Shown here: piece after piece, positions 29,380 to 39,276 of the stretch | How the letters are laid out: each line of letters begins with the position of its first letter | How positions within the stretch are numbered: position 1 is the stretch's first letter | The notes under the pieces: model-generated | The model's database searches: none | Told to the model about the DNA's origin: nothing | What the model saw: only the letters and a program-made list of their open reading frames with translations | Position numbers and translations under genes: made by a program | Assembly: GCA_963826785.1 (NCBI GenBank) | Contig: CAWGYD010000006.1 | Coordinates: 1,056,712-1,120,711, forward strand | Direction: 5' to 3' | DNA: 64,000 nucleotides | Origin: an uncultured delta proteobacterium | GTDB lineage: Bacteria > Desulfobacterota > Desulfobacteria > Desulfobacterales > Desulfosalsimonadaceae

Positions 29380-31014
29380 ATGAAGCGCTTCATCGAGGAA
29401 TATGCGGGGGAGAAATTCGACCTGGTGGTGGTGGGCGGCGGCATCACCGGTGCGGCGGTGGCTTACGATGCCTCCAGCCGGGGCCTGAGCGTCGCCCTGG
29501 TCGAAAAAAACGATTACGGATGGGCCACCTCGGCGGCTACTTCAAAGCTGATTCACGGCGGCCTGCGCTACCTGCAGAACCTGGAATTCGGACTCGTGAG
29601 AGAATCCCTTCGGGAGCGCCGGATCCTGGAAAACATCGCCCCCAACCTGGTTTATCCCATCGAGTTTCTGGTCCCGGGGTACGGCGACGCCAGACGCAAC
29701 CGGTGGATACTGAGGGCCGGCCTGACCCTGTATGATATCCTCTCCTTCGATCGGAAAATGACCTGGGACAAGAGCCAGCAGATCCCGCACCATAAATGGG
29801 TGACCCGGGAGGACGTGACCCGGATGGAGCCCCAGGTCCGCACAGAGGGGCTTACCGGCGGGTCCATCTACTACGACTGCCAGAGCATCAATTCGGAGCG
29901 CCTGACCCTGGCGTTCATCAAATCGGCTCTTAGAAACGGCGCCCGGGCGGCAAATCATGCCCGGGTGGTCAAATTTCTGACGGCGGATGACCACCGCATC
30001 ACCGGGGTGCGGGTGGAGGATATGCTCACCGGTAAAATGGCCGAGATTTCCGCAAAACTGGTGATCAACTGCGGCGGCCCCTGGGCCGATATCATCCGGA
30101 ACCTGGCGGACCCCTCGGGGCAATCCAGGCATAAGATCACCCGGTCGGAGGGCATTCACATTCTCACCCGAAAATTTGAGACGCAAAAAGCGGTGGTCAT
30201 GTGGACCCCCGCCGGACGCCATTTTTTCACCATCCCCTGGCGGGGAATGCAGCTGATCGGGACCACCGACCGGGAGTATGTGGGCAATCCCGATGAATAC
30301 CGCGTCAGCCGGGAGAGCATTGAAGGATTGATCAAAGACACCAACGATTCCATCGGAGATGGAGATCTCACCTATGATGATGTGGTGTTCGCCTATGGCG
30401 GACTGCGGCCGCTGGTGGATAAGCAGACCGAGGGAACTTATGAATCTTCACGCAAATACGAGATCTATGACAATGCATCCGATGGTTTTGACGGGCTGAT
30501 CACCGTGGAAGGGGGCAAATATACCACCAGCCGCCATCTGGCCCAAAGCGTTGTGGACATGGTGGAGAAAAAGCTGGGCCGGCCGGTATCGGCGAAACCG
30601 GGGACGGACCGGCGCTACCTCGCCGGGTGCGACATCACGGATATGCCTACGTTCATGGCGGACCTGAGATCCGCATACAACAAATTCGATGACGCCACGA
30701 TCGAATTCATGGCCCGCAACTACGGCACGGAGGCGGCCGCCGTATTGCAGCTGGCCCTGCAGGGTGCGGATCTTGCCCGGGTGGTCACCCCGGACGGGCA
30801 GCTCCTGGCCGCCGTGGTATATGCCATCCGGATGGAATCAGCGGCGACCCTTTCCGATATCCTGTTTCGCAGAACCGCCATCGGGACCATCGGACACCCG
30901 GGGCAGAAAATTCTGGAGGCGGTGGGCCGCACGGCCGCTATGGAATTGAATTGGGATGAGAAAAGACTTGCGGCTGAACTGGATACGGCAGCCGACCGGC
31001 TGACGCTGCCGTAA
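29380..31014 (+). CDS. glpD: FAD-dependent glycerol-3-phosphate dehydrogenase/oxidase
   Basis: GGGITG, TSAATSKLIHGGLRYL, IGTTD, GLRPL, GGKYTT. Confidence 0.88.
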   Translation: MKRFIEEYAGEKFDLVVVGGGITGAAVAYDASSRGLSVALVEKNDYGWATSAATSKLIHGGLRYLQNLEFGLVRESLRERRILENIAPNLVYPIEFLVPGYGDARRNRWILRAGLTLYDILSFDRKMTWDKSQQIPHHKWVTREDVTRMEPQVRTEGLTGGSIYYDCQSINSERLTLAFIKSALRNGARAANHARVVKFLTADDHRITGVRVEDMLTGKMAEISAKLVINCGGPWADIIRNLADPSGQSRHKITRSEGIHILTRKFETQKAVVMWTPAGRHFFTIPWRGMQLIGTTDREYVGNPDEYRVSRESIEGLIKDTNDSIGDGDLTYDDVVFAYGGLRPLVDKQTEGTYESSRKYEIYDNASDGFDGLITVEGGKYTTSRHLAQSVVDMVEKKLGRPVSAKPGTDRRYLAGCDITDMPTFMADLRSAYNKFDDATIEFMARNYGTEAAAVLQLALQGADLARVVTPDGQLLAAVVYAIRMESAATLSDILFRRTAIGTIGHPGQKILEAVGRTAAMELNWDEKRLAAELDTAADRLTLP

Positions 31015-31088
31015 TGATCTTTTGAGAAAGGCTTTCTATCGGAAAAGTGACCGGGCCGCGCCATGAATGCGGGGGCGCTTCAATGGCG

Positions 31089-31466
31089 TTATTCATCGGT
31101 TTTCAGTTGGTCAAGGAATTTTTCCCCGTCTTCGATGCTGGTGACATTTTCAGCATGGTATCCCAGATCGGAGGAGACATTGTCGAATTGAATATGGGCA
31201 ATGGCCCCGGTTTTCCGGCGGACCCGAACCACCCCGGACATGCCGGTATCCAAAAGCGTTTTTTGTGCCTTGCGGACATAGTCCTCAAACCGCTCGTCCT
31301 GGAACTCGTAATTGCGGAGGTCCGTAAGGCAGGTAAATCCGCGCTTGAGTTTCCGGCACTCGGATTTGACCTCAGCGACGATCTGTTTCATTTCGGTTTC
31401 GTCTTCCAGCTTGCCGATGGTGATGTAAATTCTGTTTTTATCCAGATCGGCCCGGATATCATGCAT
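31089..31466 (-). CDS. Hypothetical protein (STAS/SEC14-like alpha/beta)
   Basis: 125 aa, NRIYITI...GFTCLTDLR pattern; purine-rich RBS. Confidence 0.6.
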   Translation of the reverse strand: MHDIRADLDKNRIYITIGKLEDETEMKQIVAEVKSECRKLKRGFTCLTDLRNYEFQDERFEDYVRKAQKTLLDTGMSGVVRVRRKTGAIAHIQFDNVSSDLGYHAENVTSIEDGEKFLDQLKTDE

Positions 31467-31718
31467 GGTGTGCGTCCCCCCTGTTATTGCGAAAATATAT
31501 TGAAAAACATGTCCCCGCTGCTTTCGCCATTGAAAACATAAATATCTGCTTTTAGATGATTTTATTGTCAGAAAGCAGGTATGTTGTCAACTAAAACCGA
31601 AACATTGTTCCAATTTCAAAAAGGGGTCTCATGCATGAATTTCATTTGATGAAATCGCGGGAAGGGGTTTGCGCAAGGCCGCTCGGCTTGAATTTATAAT
31701 GGAATGGGAGGATCGAAA

Positions 31719-32549
31719 ATGGCTGTTGAGGATATTCACTTAGACCGCAGGGGGAAAGTGGCACTGGTTACCATCGACCGGCCGGAGCGGCGGAACGCAT
31801 TCAACCGGCACCTGCTGGAACGCCTTTCGGCGGTGACCGCACAGCTGAAATCGGATCTGCCCCGCGCGGTGGTGATCACCGGCAGCGGAGATGCTTTTTC
31901 CGCCGGGTTCGATGTCAACCCGGACAATCCCCTGGTGGCCGACCTCATGGATTCGCTGGGAAAAAAAGACCCGGGACCCGCGCATGCGGCCATCACCTGG
32001 CTTCGAAGCATCGTCGATGCGTTTGTTGCGCTTCCTGTCCCCATTATCGCGGCAGTAAACGGCCTGGCCTATGGCGGCGGCGCCGAACTCTCCACCCGGT
32101 GCGACCTGCGGGTGATGGACCCGGATGCGGCGGTCTGCTTTTCCGAGGTCCGGCTGGGCCTGATGCCCGACTGGGGCGGCGGCGCCACCCTGGCGCACCT
32201 GCTGGGGGCGGCCCGGGCCGCGGACCTGATCCTGACCGCCCGAAAGGTAGGGGCCAAGGAGGCTTTGGCCCTCGGGTGGGCCAATCGGGTGAGCAAACCC
32301 GGAAACGTACTTGAAGAGGCGCTGGTCATGGCGGACATGATCGCAAAAAATGGCCCCCGGTCGGTCCGCTATGCCCTGGAAGTCATCCGGCAAAGCCGCA
32401 GCCTGCCCATGGCGCGCACCCTGGACCTGGAAGCGGAAAGAGCCGTGGACCTGATCGTCTCCGGCGAATGCATGTACGGGGTAGGGGCCTTCCTGGAGAA
32501 AAAAGAACCGGAGTTCCCGGATATAAAATCGGATATCGAATCGGATTAG
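31719..32549 (+). CDS. Enoyl-CoA hydratase/isomerase family protein
   Basis: DRPERRNA, AFSAGFD, AAVNGLAYGGGAEL, SEVRLGLMP. Confidence 0.92.
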   Translation: MAVEDIHLDRRGKVALVTIDRPERRNAFNRHLLERLSAVTAQLKSDLPRAVVITGSGDAFSAGFDVNPDNPLVADLMDSLGKKDPGPAHAAITWLRSIVDAFVALPVPIIAAVNGLAYGGGAELSTRCDLRVMDPDAAVCFSEVRLGLMPDWGGGATLAHLLGAARAADLILTARKVGAKEALALGWANRVSKPGNVLEEALVMADMIAKNGPRSVRYALEVIRQSRSLPMARTLDLEAERAVDLIVSGECMYGVGAFLEKKEPEFPDIKSDIESD

Positions 32550-32553
32550 CGGC

Positions 32554-33735
32554 TTACTCTGTTTGCTGCACCAGGGTAAACAGCACGATTTCCGGCCGGA
32601 TGGGGGTGCGCATGGGCGGGCCCCAGGAGCCGGTGCCGCAGGTGGTGTAGAGCCTGAAATCCCCGTCATATGAAAATCCGTAATCATGGCCGGAGTAGAG
32701 CAGCCGGGTGATGAAATTGACCGGAAATACCTGGCCGTGATGGGTATGGCCGGAAAGCTGGATATCGGAATGCACCTGTTTATTCAACTCATAGGTGGTA
32801 TCGGGCGTCCAATAGAGCGAAAAATGCCGGTCCGCCCGGCTGCCGCCGTTTTTAGCCATGTTGGTGGGAAGGTGAAACAAAAGGATACGGGCGGTATTTG
32901 CCGTCCTGTCCGAAAGATTTCGGATGGCCTCGATTCCGGAAATGCCGGGATAGCCGACGCCCACGATTTCAAGCCCGTCTATATTCACACACTCATTGTC
33001 CAGCAGCCGCAGCGGCTTGATCCGGCCGATGATATTCAGCGCCCTTTTAATCCCCACATAATATTCGTGATTGCCGGTGATGAAAAAGATCCCCTGCTTC
33101 GCCCGGAGCCGGTTTAAAGGTTCGATGAACTGCTCAAAATCCCCGCCCATACCGTCGAGCAGGTCGCCGGTGATCAAAATGACGTCCGGATTCAGGCCAT
33201 TCACCTGCGCCACCAGACGCCGGGTATAATCCAATCCGTGAATCCGGCCCAGGTGGACGTCGGAGAGCTGCACCAGGGTCTTTCCACGCCAGTTTTCGGG
33301 AAGATGCGCCATGGTAAGGTCGATCCGGTGCACCCGGGGATGAAACGCGCTCCACATGCCGTATATCGCCCAGCCCGCCGAAACCATCAGCAGCACGCCC
33401 GCCACTGCCGGCTTCGACACCGGTCTGCCCACCCAGTGGGCGGCCAGCAGAATCAGCCATATGACGGCGATCGCCACCAGAAAATGGACCAGAAATCCCA
33501 TCCAGGTGGCGGCAAATTTGTAAAAACCGATGCTCCAGAACGATTCCCGCCAGCGCAGCAGCGCAAACGCGCTCATGAATGAAAACGTCAGCAGGACCAT
33601 CAGGACATACAGGGCCGTTTTCACGCCCGGTGCGGAAATGCCGAAAAACCGGATGATGCTTCCGAAAAAGGCATAGTGCATGCCCAGAAGCACCAGGAGA
33701 ACAAGACCTAAAAATACCATGGCTTTAACCTGCAT
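32554..33735 (-). CDS. Membrane-anchored metallophosphoesterase (YkuE/YaeI-like)
   Basis: SDVHLG, TGDLLD, GNHE, SGHTHHGQ; four N-terminal TM helices. Confidence 0.92.
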   Translation of the reverse strand: MQVKAMVFLGLVLLVLLGMHYAFFGSIIRFFGISAPGVKTALYVLMVLLTFSFMSAFALLRWRESFWSIGFYKFAATWMGFLVHFLVAIAVIWLILLAAHWVGRPVSKPAVAGVLLMVSAGWAIYGMWSAFHPRVHRIDLTMAHLPENWRGKTLVQLSDVHLGRIHGLDYTRRLVAQVNGLNPDVILITGDLLDGMGGDFEQFIEPLNRLRAKQGIFFITGNHEYYVGIKRALNIIGRIKPLRLLDNECVNIDGLEIVGVGYPGISGIEAIRNLSDRTANTARILLFHLPTNMAKNGGSRADRHFSLYWTPDTTYELNKQVHSDIQLSGHTHHGQVFPVNFITRLLYSGHDYGFSYDGDFRLYTTCGTGSWGPPMRTPIRPEIVLFTLVQQTE

Positions 33736-33882
33736 CTTCGTCTTTCTTGCGTGATCATGAATTGTAAATCAGCTAAAGAATAGCGCCTGGGCCACATTTG
33801 GCAAGCAGGCGTTTTGGAAAATGGGTCGATAAATGTCTGTCCCAGTGTCGACCCTCCATGGCTCCCGAAAGTCATGAGCGCT

Positions 33883-33914
33883 ACACCCCCCTTCGCCCCC
33901 CTCAAGGGGGGAAT
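33883..33914. repeat. REP-like palindrome, family B
   Basis: ACACCCCCCTTCGCCCCCCTCAAGGGGGGAAT. Confidence 0.75.
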
Positions 33915-34035
33915 ACGTAACGCACCGCATCGCCCCTGCGAGCATCCTCACCGTCATTTGCAAAATTTGTGTCCATTCAGAAATGGTGGATTTCGGTTCG
34001 GGCCAAGGCCGCAAGCCGATTTGAACTGATAATGC

Positions 34036-34179
34036 GAAAAGCGGCTCAAGAAGCCCGGATCAGGTTCGAGGACAAGGCGCGGGCTGATGAGAAAGCGCAG
34101 CATACATTCGTATGTGAGCTTTTGAAGAAGACCGCAACGCAGCCCTCGGGCCTCAGACGGGTTTCTTGTGCCGCTTTTC
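34036..34179 (-). mobile_element. 144 bp MITE-like hairpin element with the same core as 24888-25013
   Basis: Terminal inverted repeat GAAAAGCGGCTCAAGAAGCCCG / CGGGTTTCTTGTGCCGCTTTTC (20/22); minus-strand core CTGCGTTG..CATAC-N4-GTATGC..GCCTTG. Confidence 0.7.
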
Positions 34180-35287
34180 AGTACATGCGGTGGCGGAACA
34201 GATATGCCGCCGCCGCCAGGTTGACGATGCCGATGATGGCCATGGGCCAGTACTGGTGGGCCAGCATGGGAATGGTGCCCCCTTCCAGGAAGACGCTTCT
34301 TAAAATCACCAGGTAGTAGCGCATGGGATTGAAATAGGTCAGGTACTGCATGAATACGGGCATGTTGGCGATGGGGTTGGCAAACCCGGACAGAATGACG
34401 CTGGGCACCAGGAACATGAAGGCGCCGAACAGCCCCTGCTGCTGGGAAATGCTCAATGACGAGATCATCAGGCCGATGCCGATGGCCGACATGAGAAACA
34501 GGAAAATCCCCAGGTAGAGCGCAGCCACACTGCCCGCCAGGGGAATCTTGAACCAGAGCAGGGCCATGATGATGATGAAGGTGGCCTCCAGCGTGCCGAT
34601 GATAAACCCGGGAAGCGCCTTTCCCATCAGCAGTTCCACCGGCCGCAGGGGGGTCACCAGGAGCTGGTCGAATGTGCCGGCCTCGCGCTCCCGGGCAACG
34701 GACATGGCGGTCACCAGGATGGTCACCACCAGGGTGAGCAGGCCCACGATACCGGGAACGATAAACCACAGGCTCTCCAGGTTCGGGTTGAACCAGGCCC
34801 GGACTTCCAGCCGGGCCGGCGGCTCCCCGATCCCCTGCTGCTTGGCCCAGGCTTCATTGAACTGGGCCACGATGTTGCGGACATACCCCAGCAGGATCAG
34901 GGCAGTGTTGGAATTTCGGCCGTCGATGATCACCTGCAGGTCGGCTGGCTCTTTCAGCAGCATATCCCGGGTGAAATTCGGGCCGAACCGCATCACCATG
35001 AGCACCTCTTTGTCGTCGATGACATCATTGATGCGCCGGCTGCTCTTCAGGGTATCCACCAGGTCAAACGTCCTGGAGCCTTCAAAGCGGGCCAGCAGCT
35101 CCCGGGAGGCATATCCCGGATCTTCGTTGTACACGGCATACCGGATATGATTGAGATCGAAGGTGGCCGCATAGCTGAACACGAACAGCTGGATCACCGG
35201 CGGAATGATCAGCACGGTGCGGCTGCGCTTGTCCTTGAGCAGGGCCAGAAATTCCTTGATCATCAGGGCATATGTCCGTCTCCACAT
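34178..35287 (-). CDS. ABC-2 type transporter permease (YbhR-like)
   Basis: KEFLALLKDKRSR, DGRNSNTA, WFNPNLES, AREREAGTFDQLLVTP. Confidence 0.9.
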   Translation of the reverse strand: MWRRTYALMIKEFLALLKDKRSRTVLIIPPVIQLFVFSYAATFDLNHIRYAVYNEDPGYASRELLARFEGSRTFDLVDTLKSSRRINDVIDDKEVLMVMRFGPNFTRDMLLKEPADLQVIIDGRNSNTALILLGYVRNIVAQFNEAWAKQQGIGEPPARLEVRAWFNPNLESLWFIVPGIVGLLTLVVTILVTAMSVAREREAGTFDQLLVTPLRPVELLMGKALPGFIIGTLEATFIIIMALLWFKIPLAGSVAALYLGIFLFLMSAIGIGLMISSLSISQQQGLFGAFMFLVPSVILSGFANPIANMPVFMQYLTYFNPMRYYLVILRSVFLEGGTIPMLAHQYWPMAIIGIVNLAAAAYLFRHRMY

Positions 35288-35298
35288 GAAAATACCTC

Positions 35299-36453
35299 CT
35301 ACTCCAGCCGTTTGACGGTTTTTCGCCGCACCAGGATCAGGAAAATGGCGGCAATGATGATCAGGGCCAGCGCATTGGGCAGAATCACACTCCATATGTC
35401 GCCGGCGGCGAAAATGGTCTGCAGGATGGAGACATAGTAGCGCGCGGCGAAGACGTGGGTGATGGCCTGGATCGGCCGGGGCATGCTGTTGATTTCAAAG
35501 ATGAAGCCCGACAGGAGAAACGCCGGGAGATAGGTGGTGATGATGGCGGCCTGGCCGGCCACGAACTGGTTCTTGGCCACGGTGGAGATCAAAAGGCCCA
35601 TTCCCAGGGCCGCCAGCAGGAAGAGGGCCGAAGCGGCCATCAGCACCCAGATGCTGCCGCGCAGGGGCACCTGGAACAAAAACAGGGCCAGGACCACGGA
35701 AAGGGCCAGCCCACCCATGCCCAGGACGAAATAGGGGATGATCTTGCCCAGCAGAAATTCCCGGGTGCGGATGGGGGTGACCATCAGGGCCTCCATGGTG
35801 CCGCGCTCCCATTCCCGTGCCACCACCAGAGCGGTGAGCAGCGCCCCGATCAGGGTCATGATCACGGCGATCAGGCCGGGAACCAGGTAGTTGCTGCTCC
35901 GCACCGCCGGGTTGAACAAAATTCGGAATTCTAAATCGACCGGGATGTTGAGATCCTGTCCCCGGGAGGCGGCAAAACCGGTGATCCAGTCGGCCCAGAC
36001 CCCTTGGACGTATCCGGAGATGAGCCGGGCATTGTTGGCATCCACCCCGTTGACGAACACCCCGATGGCCGCTGTATTGCCGGATAGCACCTGCCGGCTG
36101 AAATCATTGCGCAGCCAGACGATGCCTTCCACCTCCCGATCCCGCAGTGCGGCTTCCGCAGCGTGCATGGTGGAAAACGCCTGGGCCGCAAAGTAGGGGG
36201 ACTGGGCAAACGCCCCGGTGAACGAAGCGGTTGTGGCCGTGGGCTCCTCCACCACCAGGGCCACGGGCACATCCGTGGCGTCCAGGGTGACCCCGTAGCC
36301 GAAGGTAAACAGAAGGATCAGGGGGAGGATGAAGGCGATGGCGATGCTCGACGGGTCCCGCACGATCTGCAGGATCTCTTTGCGGATCATCCCGCGAAGC
36401 CGCATCCCTCCGCCCCGTCGTTTCATTTCCTTCGGCGGGTTGCTGTCGTTCAT
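35299..36453 (-). CDS. ABC-2 type transporter permease (YbhS-like)
   Basis: KEILQIVRDPSSI, AREWERGTMEALMVTP; ATGA overlap with the upstream ATPase gene. Confidence 0.9.
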   Translation of the reverse strand: MNDSNPPKEMKRRGGGMRLRGMIRKEILQIVRDPSSIAIAFILPLILLFTFGYGVTLDATDVPVALVVEEPTATTASFTGAFAQSPYFAAQAFSTMHAAEAALRDREVEGIVWLRNDFSRQVLSGNTAAIGVFVNGVDANNARLISGYVQGVWADWITGFAASRGQDLNIPVDLEFRILFNPAVRSSNYLVPGLIAVIMTLIGALLTALVVAREWERGTMEALMVTPIRTREFLLGKIIPYFVLGMGGLALSVVLALFLFQVPLRGSIWVLMAASALFLLAALGMGLLISTVAKNQFVAGQAAIITTYLPAFLLSGFIFEINSMPRPIQAITHVFAARYYVSILQTIFAAGDIWSVILPNALALIIIAAIFLILVRRKTVKRLE

Positions 36454-38210
36454 GCGTCCGCCTCCTCGTGGGCCTGGATCAGTCCGATGAAGGCATCCTC
36501 CATGCTGGGTTCGGGGTTCTCTTCGGTGCGGAATCGGTCTTTCATGTCTTCGGGGGTTCCCTGGGCCAGGATTTCGCCTTCGGCCATCATCACCAGGCGG
36601 TCGCAGTATTCGGCTTCCTCCATGAAGTGGGTGGTGACCAGGATGGTCACCCCCTGTTCGGACAGGGAATTGATCCGGTGCCAGAATTCCCGGCGGGCCA
36701 GGGGGTCCACGCCGGAAGTGGGCTCGTCCAGGAACAGGATTTCCGGGTGGTGCATGAGGGCGGCCGCCATGGCCAGGCGCTGCTTGAATCCCAGGGGCAG
36801 GTTCCGGCTGGCGGCATTGGCGTATTCCTCCAGTTCGAATTCGGATACGGCCCAGTCGATGCGCGCCTTCTGCGCCTTGTTCCGCAGCCCGTAAATGCTG
36901 CTGAAAAAGCGCAGGTTCTCCAGTACCGACAGGTCGCCGTACAATGAAAATTTCTGGGCCATGTAGCCGATCCGGGCCCGGGCCTTGGCCGCGGCATGCA
37001 ACAGGTCCCGGCCCGCCACCCGCAGGGTCCCCTCCGAGGCGGGGAGCAGGCCGCACAACATGCGGAAGGTGGTGGATTTTCCGGCCCCGTTGGCGCCCAG
37101 CAGGCCGAATACCTCGCCCCGGCAGACGGTGAAGCTGATCCCCCTTACCGCGTAGAAATCGCCGAACCGGCGCTTGACGTTTTCGACCGTGATGATTTCC
37201 TCGCCCTCTTTTCCGGTGATCACCTTGCCGGTGTCGATCCGGCCGTGCCCGGGCGGGCCGGTCCGCTCCCGGAGCCGGACGATAAAGGCGTCTTCAAATC
37301 GCGACGCGACGGGATCGATGGTTGCCGCCGGCTGGTCCGCAAACCACTTTTTCGCATCGGGCGGGGTGGTATCCTGCATGATCAGGCGCACCCCGTTTTT
37401 CTGAATGATGGCATCCAGCACGCCTTCGGTATCCACCAGCCGGGTCTGGAGCAGGCGCTTGTTCATGTCCGGAACGGTCACCTGGAAGCTTCTGCCGGAT
37501 ACCTCTTTGGAAAAATCGCCCGGCGGCCCCTGGCCCAGGAGCCGGCCCTGGTGCATGAGAACGACCTGGCCGCAGCGTTCGGCTTCGTCCAGGTAGGCGG
37601 TGCTCAACAAAACGGTGATGGTTTCTTCTTTCACCAGCCGGTAGACGATTTCCCAGAGTTCCCGGCGCGATACCGGGTCCACGCCCACGGTGGGCTCGTC
37701 CAGCAGGAGCAGGCGGGGCGGGCGCACCAGGGTGCAGGCCAGGCCCAGCTTCTGCTTCATGCCCCCGGACAGGTCCCGGGCGAACCGGTCCGTGAAAGGC
37801 GCCAGGCCGGTCATGTGCATCAGCTCTTCATAGCGCCCTTTCCGGGCGGAGACGGGGACGCCCTGCAGGTCTGCATACAGGTCCAGGTTTTCCTGTACGG
37901 AAAGCTCCTCATAGAGGCCGAAGCGCTGGGGCATGTACCCGATGTTCTGCTGCACTTTCAGGGGGTCGGCCACCGCGTCGATATCCAAAACGGTGATGCG
38001 GCCCTCGTCGGGCACCAGCAGCCCGGCAATCAGCCGGATCAGGGTGGTCTTGCCGGCCGCATCCGGACCGATGAGACCGGTGACGCTTCCGGCCTCAACC
38101 TCGAAGCTGACCCCGTGAAGCGCCTGAACCGTGGTTTTTTCCGCCGGAAATGTTTTGCTTAGATTCTCCACCACCAGGGTGGCGGAAACTCCGGTTCGGG
38201 GTTCGGGCAT
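36450..38210 (-). CDS. Dual ABC ATPase (YbhF-like)
   Basis: GPDAAGKTT, LSGGMKQK, DEPT; second cassette GANGAGKST, LPLGFKQR. Confidence 0.93.
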   Translation of the reverse strand: MPEPRTGVSATLVVENLSKTFPAEKTTVQALHGVSFEVEAGSVTGLIGPDAAGKTTLIRLIAGLLVPDEGRITVLDIDAVADPLKVQQNIGYMPQRFGLYEELSVQENLDLYADLQGVPVSARKGRYEELMHMTGLAPFTDRFARDLSGGMKQKLGLACTLVRPPRLLLLDEPTVGVDPVSRRELWEIVYRLVKEETITVLLSTAYLDEAERCGQVVLMHQGRLLGQGPPGDFSKEVSGRSFQVTVPDMNKRLLQTRLVDTEGVLDAIIQKNGVRLIMQDTTPPDAKKWFADQPAATIDPVASRFEDAFIVRLRERTGPPGHGRIDTGKVITGKEGEEIITVENVKRRFGDFYAVRGISFTVCRGEVFGLLGANGAGKSTTFRMLCGLLPASEGTLRVAGRDLLHAAAKARARIGYMAQKFSLYGDLSVLENLRFFSSIYGLRNKAQKARIDWAVSEFELEEYANAASRNLPLGFKQRLAMAAALMHHPEILFLDEPTSGVDPLARREFWHRINSLSEQGVTILVTTHFMEEAEYCDRLVMMAEGEILAQGTPEDMKDRFRTEENPEPSMEDAFIGLIQAHEEADA

Positions 38211-38211
38211 T

Positions 38212-39255
38212 TTATTTTTCCCCGCAGCGATCACCGGGCGTCTGATCGGCAGCCGGTGCCGGCTGGTCCAGGAGAATGGTCACGGTGGCCGGCATGCCCA
38301 GCCGAAGCTGGTTTTGAGGATTGCACACATATACCCGGACCTGGTAGACCAGCTTGCTGCGAAGCTCTTCGGTCTGAACCGTTTTCGGGGTAAATTCCGC
38401 CGTGGGGGAGATAAACCCGATCCATCCCGTATAGGATTTGCCAGGGTAGCTGTCCGTGGTGACAGATGCCTTCATGCCCGGGGCGATCTTGCCCAGGTTG
38501 GTCTCATCCACATAGGCGCGCACCCAGAGGGGGCTGGTCAGGGCCAGGGTCAGCACCGGGGTCTGTGGAAATGCCATGTCACCGGGCTCCATGATCCGGT
38601 CCCGGATAATCCCTTCGGCCGGGGCGATGAGCCGGGTGTCCTCAAGCTGCTGCTGGGCGAGGTCCAGCTGGGCCTTGTAGGCCTCCAGTGTGGCCCGGGC
38701 CGCATCGATGTCCTCCTGACGGGGGCCCTGAACGGCCAATCCCAGGGCCTGCTGTTCGGCATCCAGGTTGGCCTTGGCGGTTTTGAGGGATGCCTGGGCA
38801 TTGTCCAGCTTCTGCTGGGACACGAACTGGGTGTCGGCCAGCTGTTTGGCCCGATCGTAATTCTGGCGGGCGTCTTCCACGTTGGCTTTGGCCGCCGCCA
38901 CCCGGGCCCGGGCCGCGGCAATCTCCTGGGGCCGGCTGCCCGCCAGCAGACGCGCCAGCACCTGCTCCTGGGACGCCACCTTGGACTTGGCGGCCGCCAC
39001 CGCCGCCCGGTAGCGCACCGGATCGATTTCCGCCAGCACCTGTCCGGCTTTCACCCGGTCTCCCTCGGTCACGTAAATTTTTTCAATGCGGCCGTTGTCC
39101 TGGAAGGCCATCTGCACCTGGCGGATGTCCACATTTCCGTACAGGACGAGCCGATCGGTGGGTTCTTCCCCGCCCTTCCGGTAATAATAAATCCCCGCGG
39201 CTATGGCACCGATGACCACAAGAAGAACCAGGATGCGGATTATCTTCTTTCCCAT
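38212..39255 (-). CDS. HlyD-family periplasmic adaptor (YbhG-like)
   Basis: LYGNVDIRQV, coiled-coil hairpin, ISPTAEFTPKTVQTEELR. Confidence 0.92.
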   Translation of the reverse strand: MGKKIIRILVLLVVIGAIAAGIYYYRKGGEEPTDRLVLYGNVDIRQVQMAFQDNGRIEKIYVTEGDRVKAGQVLAEIDPVRYRAAVAAAKSKVASQEQVLARLLAGSRPQEIAAARARVAAAKANVEDARQNYDRAKQLADTQFVSQQKLDNAQASLKTAKANLDAEQQALGLAVQGPRQEDIDAARATLEAYKAQLDLAQQQLEDTRLIAPAEGIIRDRIMEPGDMAFPQTPVLTLALTSPLWVRAYVDETNLGKIAPGMKASVTTDSYPGKSYTGWIGFISPTAEFTPKTVQTEELRSKLVYQVRVYVCNPQNQLRLGMPATVTILLDQPAPAADQTPGDRCGEK

Positions 39256-39276
39256 AATTAACAATTTCCCTTCATG

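Noticed and set aside
36454..37056. Long N-terminal extension of the YbhS-like permease (585-aa ORF)
   Set aside because: It overlaps the ATPase gene in another frame; the ATGA-coupled start at 36453 fits better.
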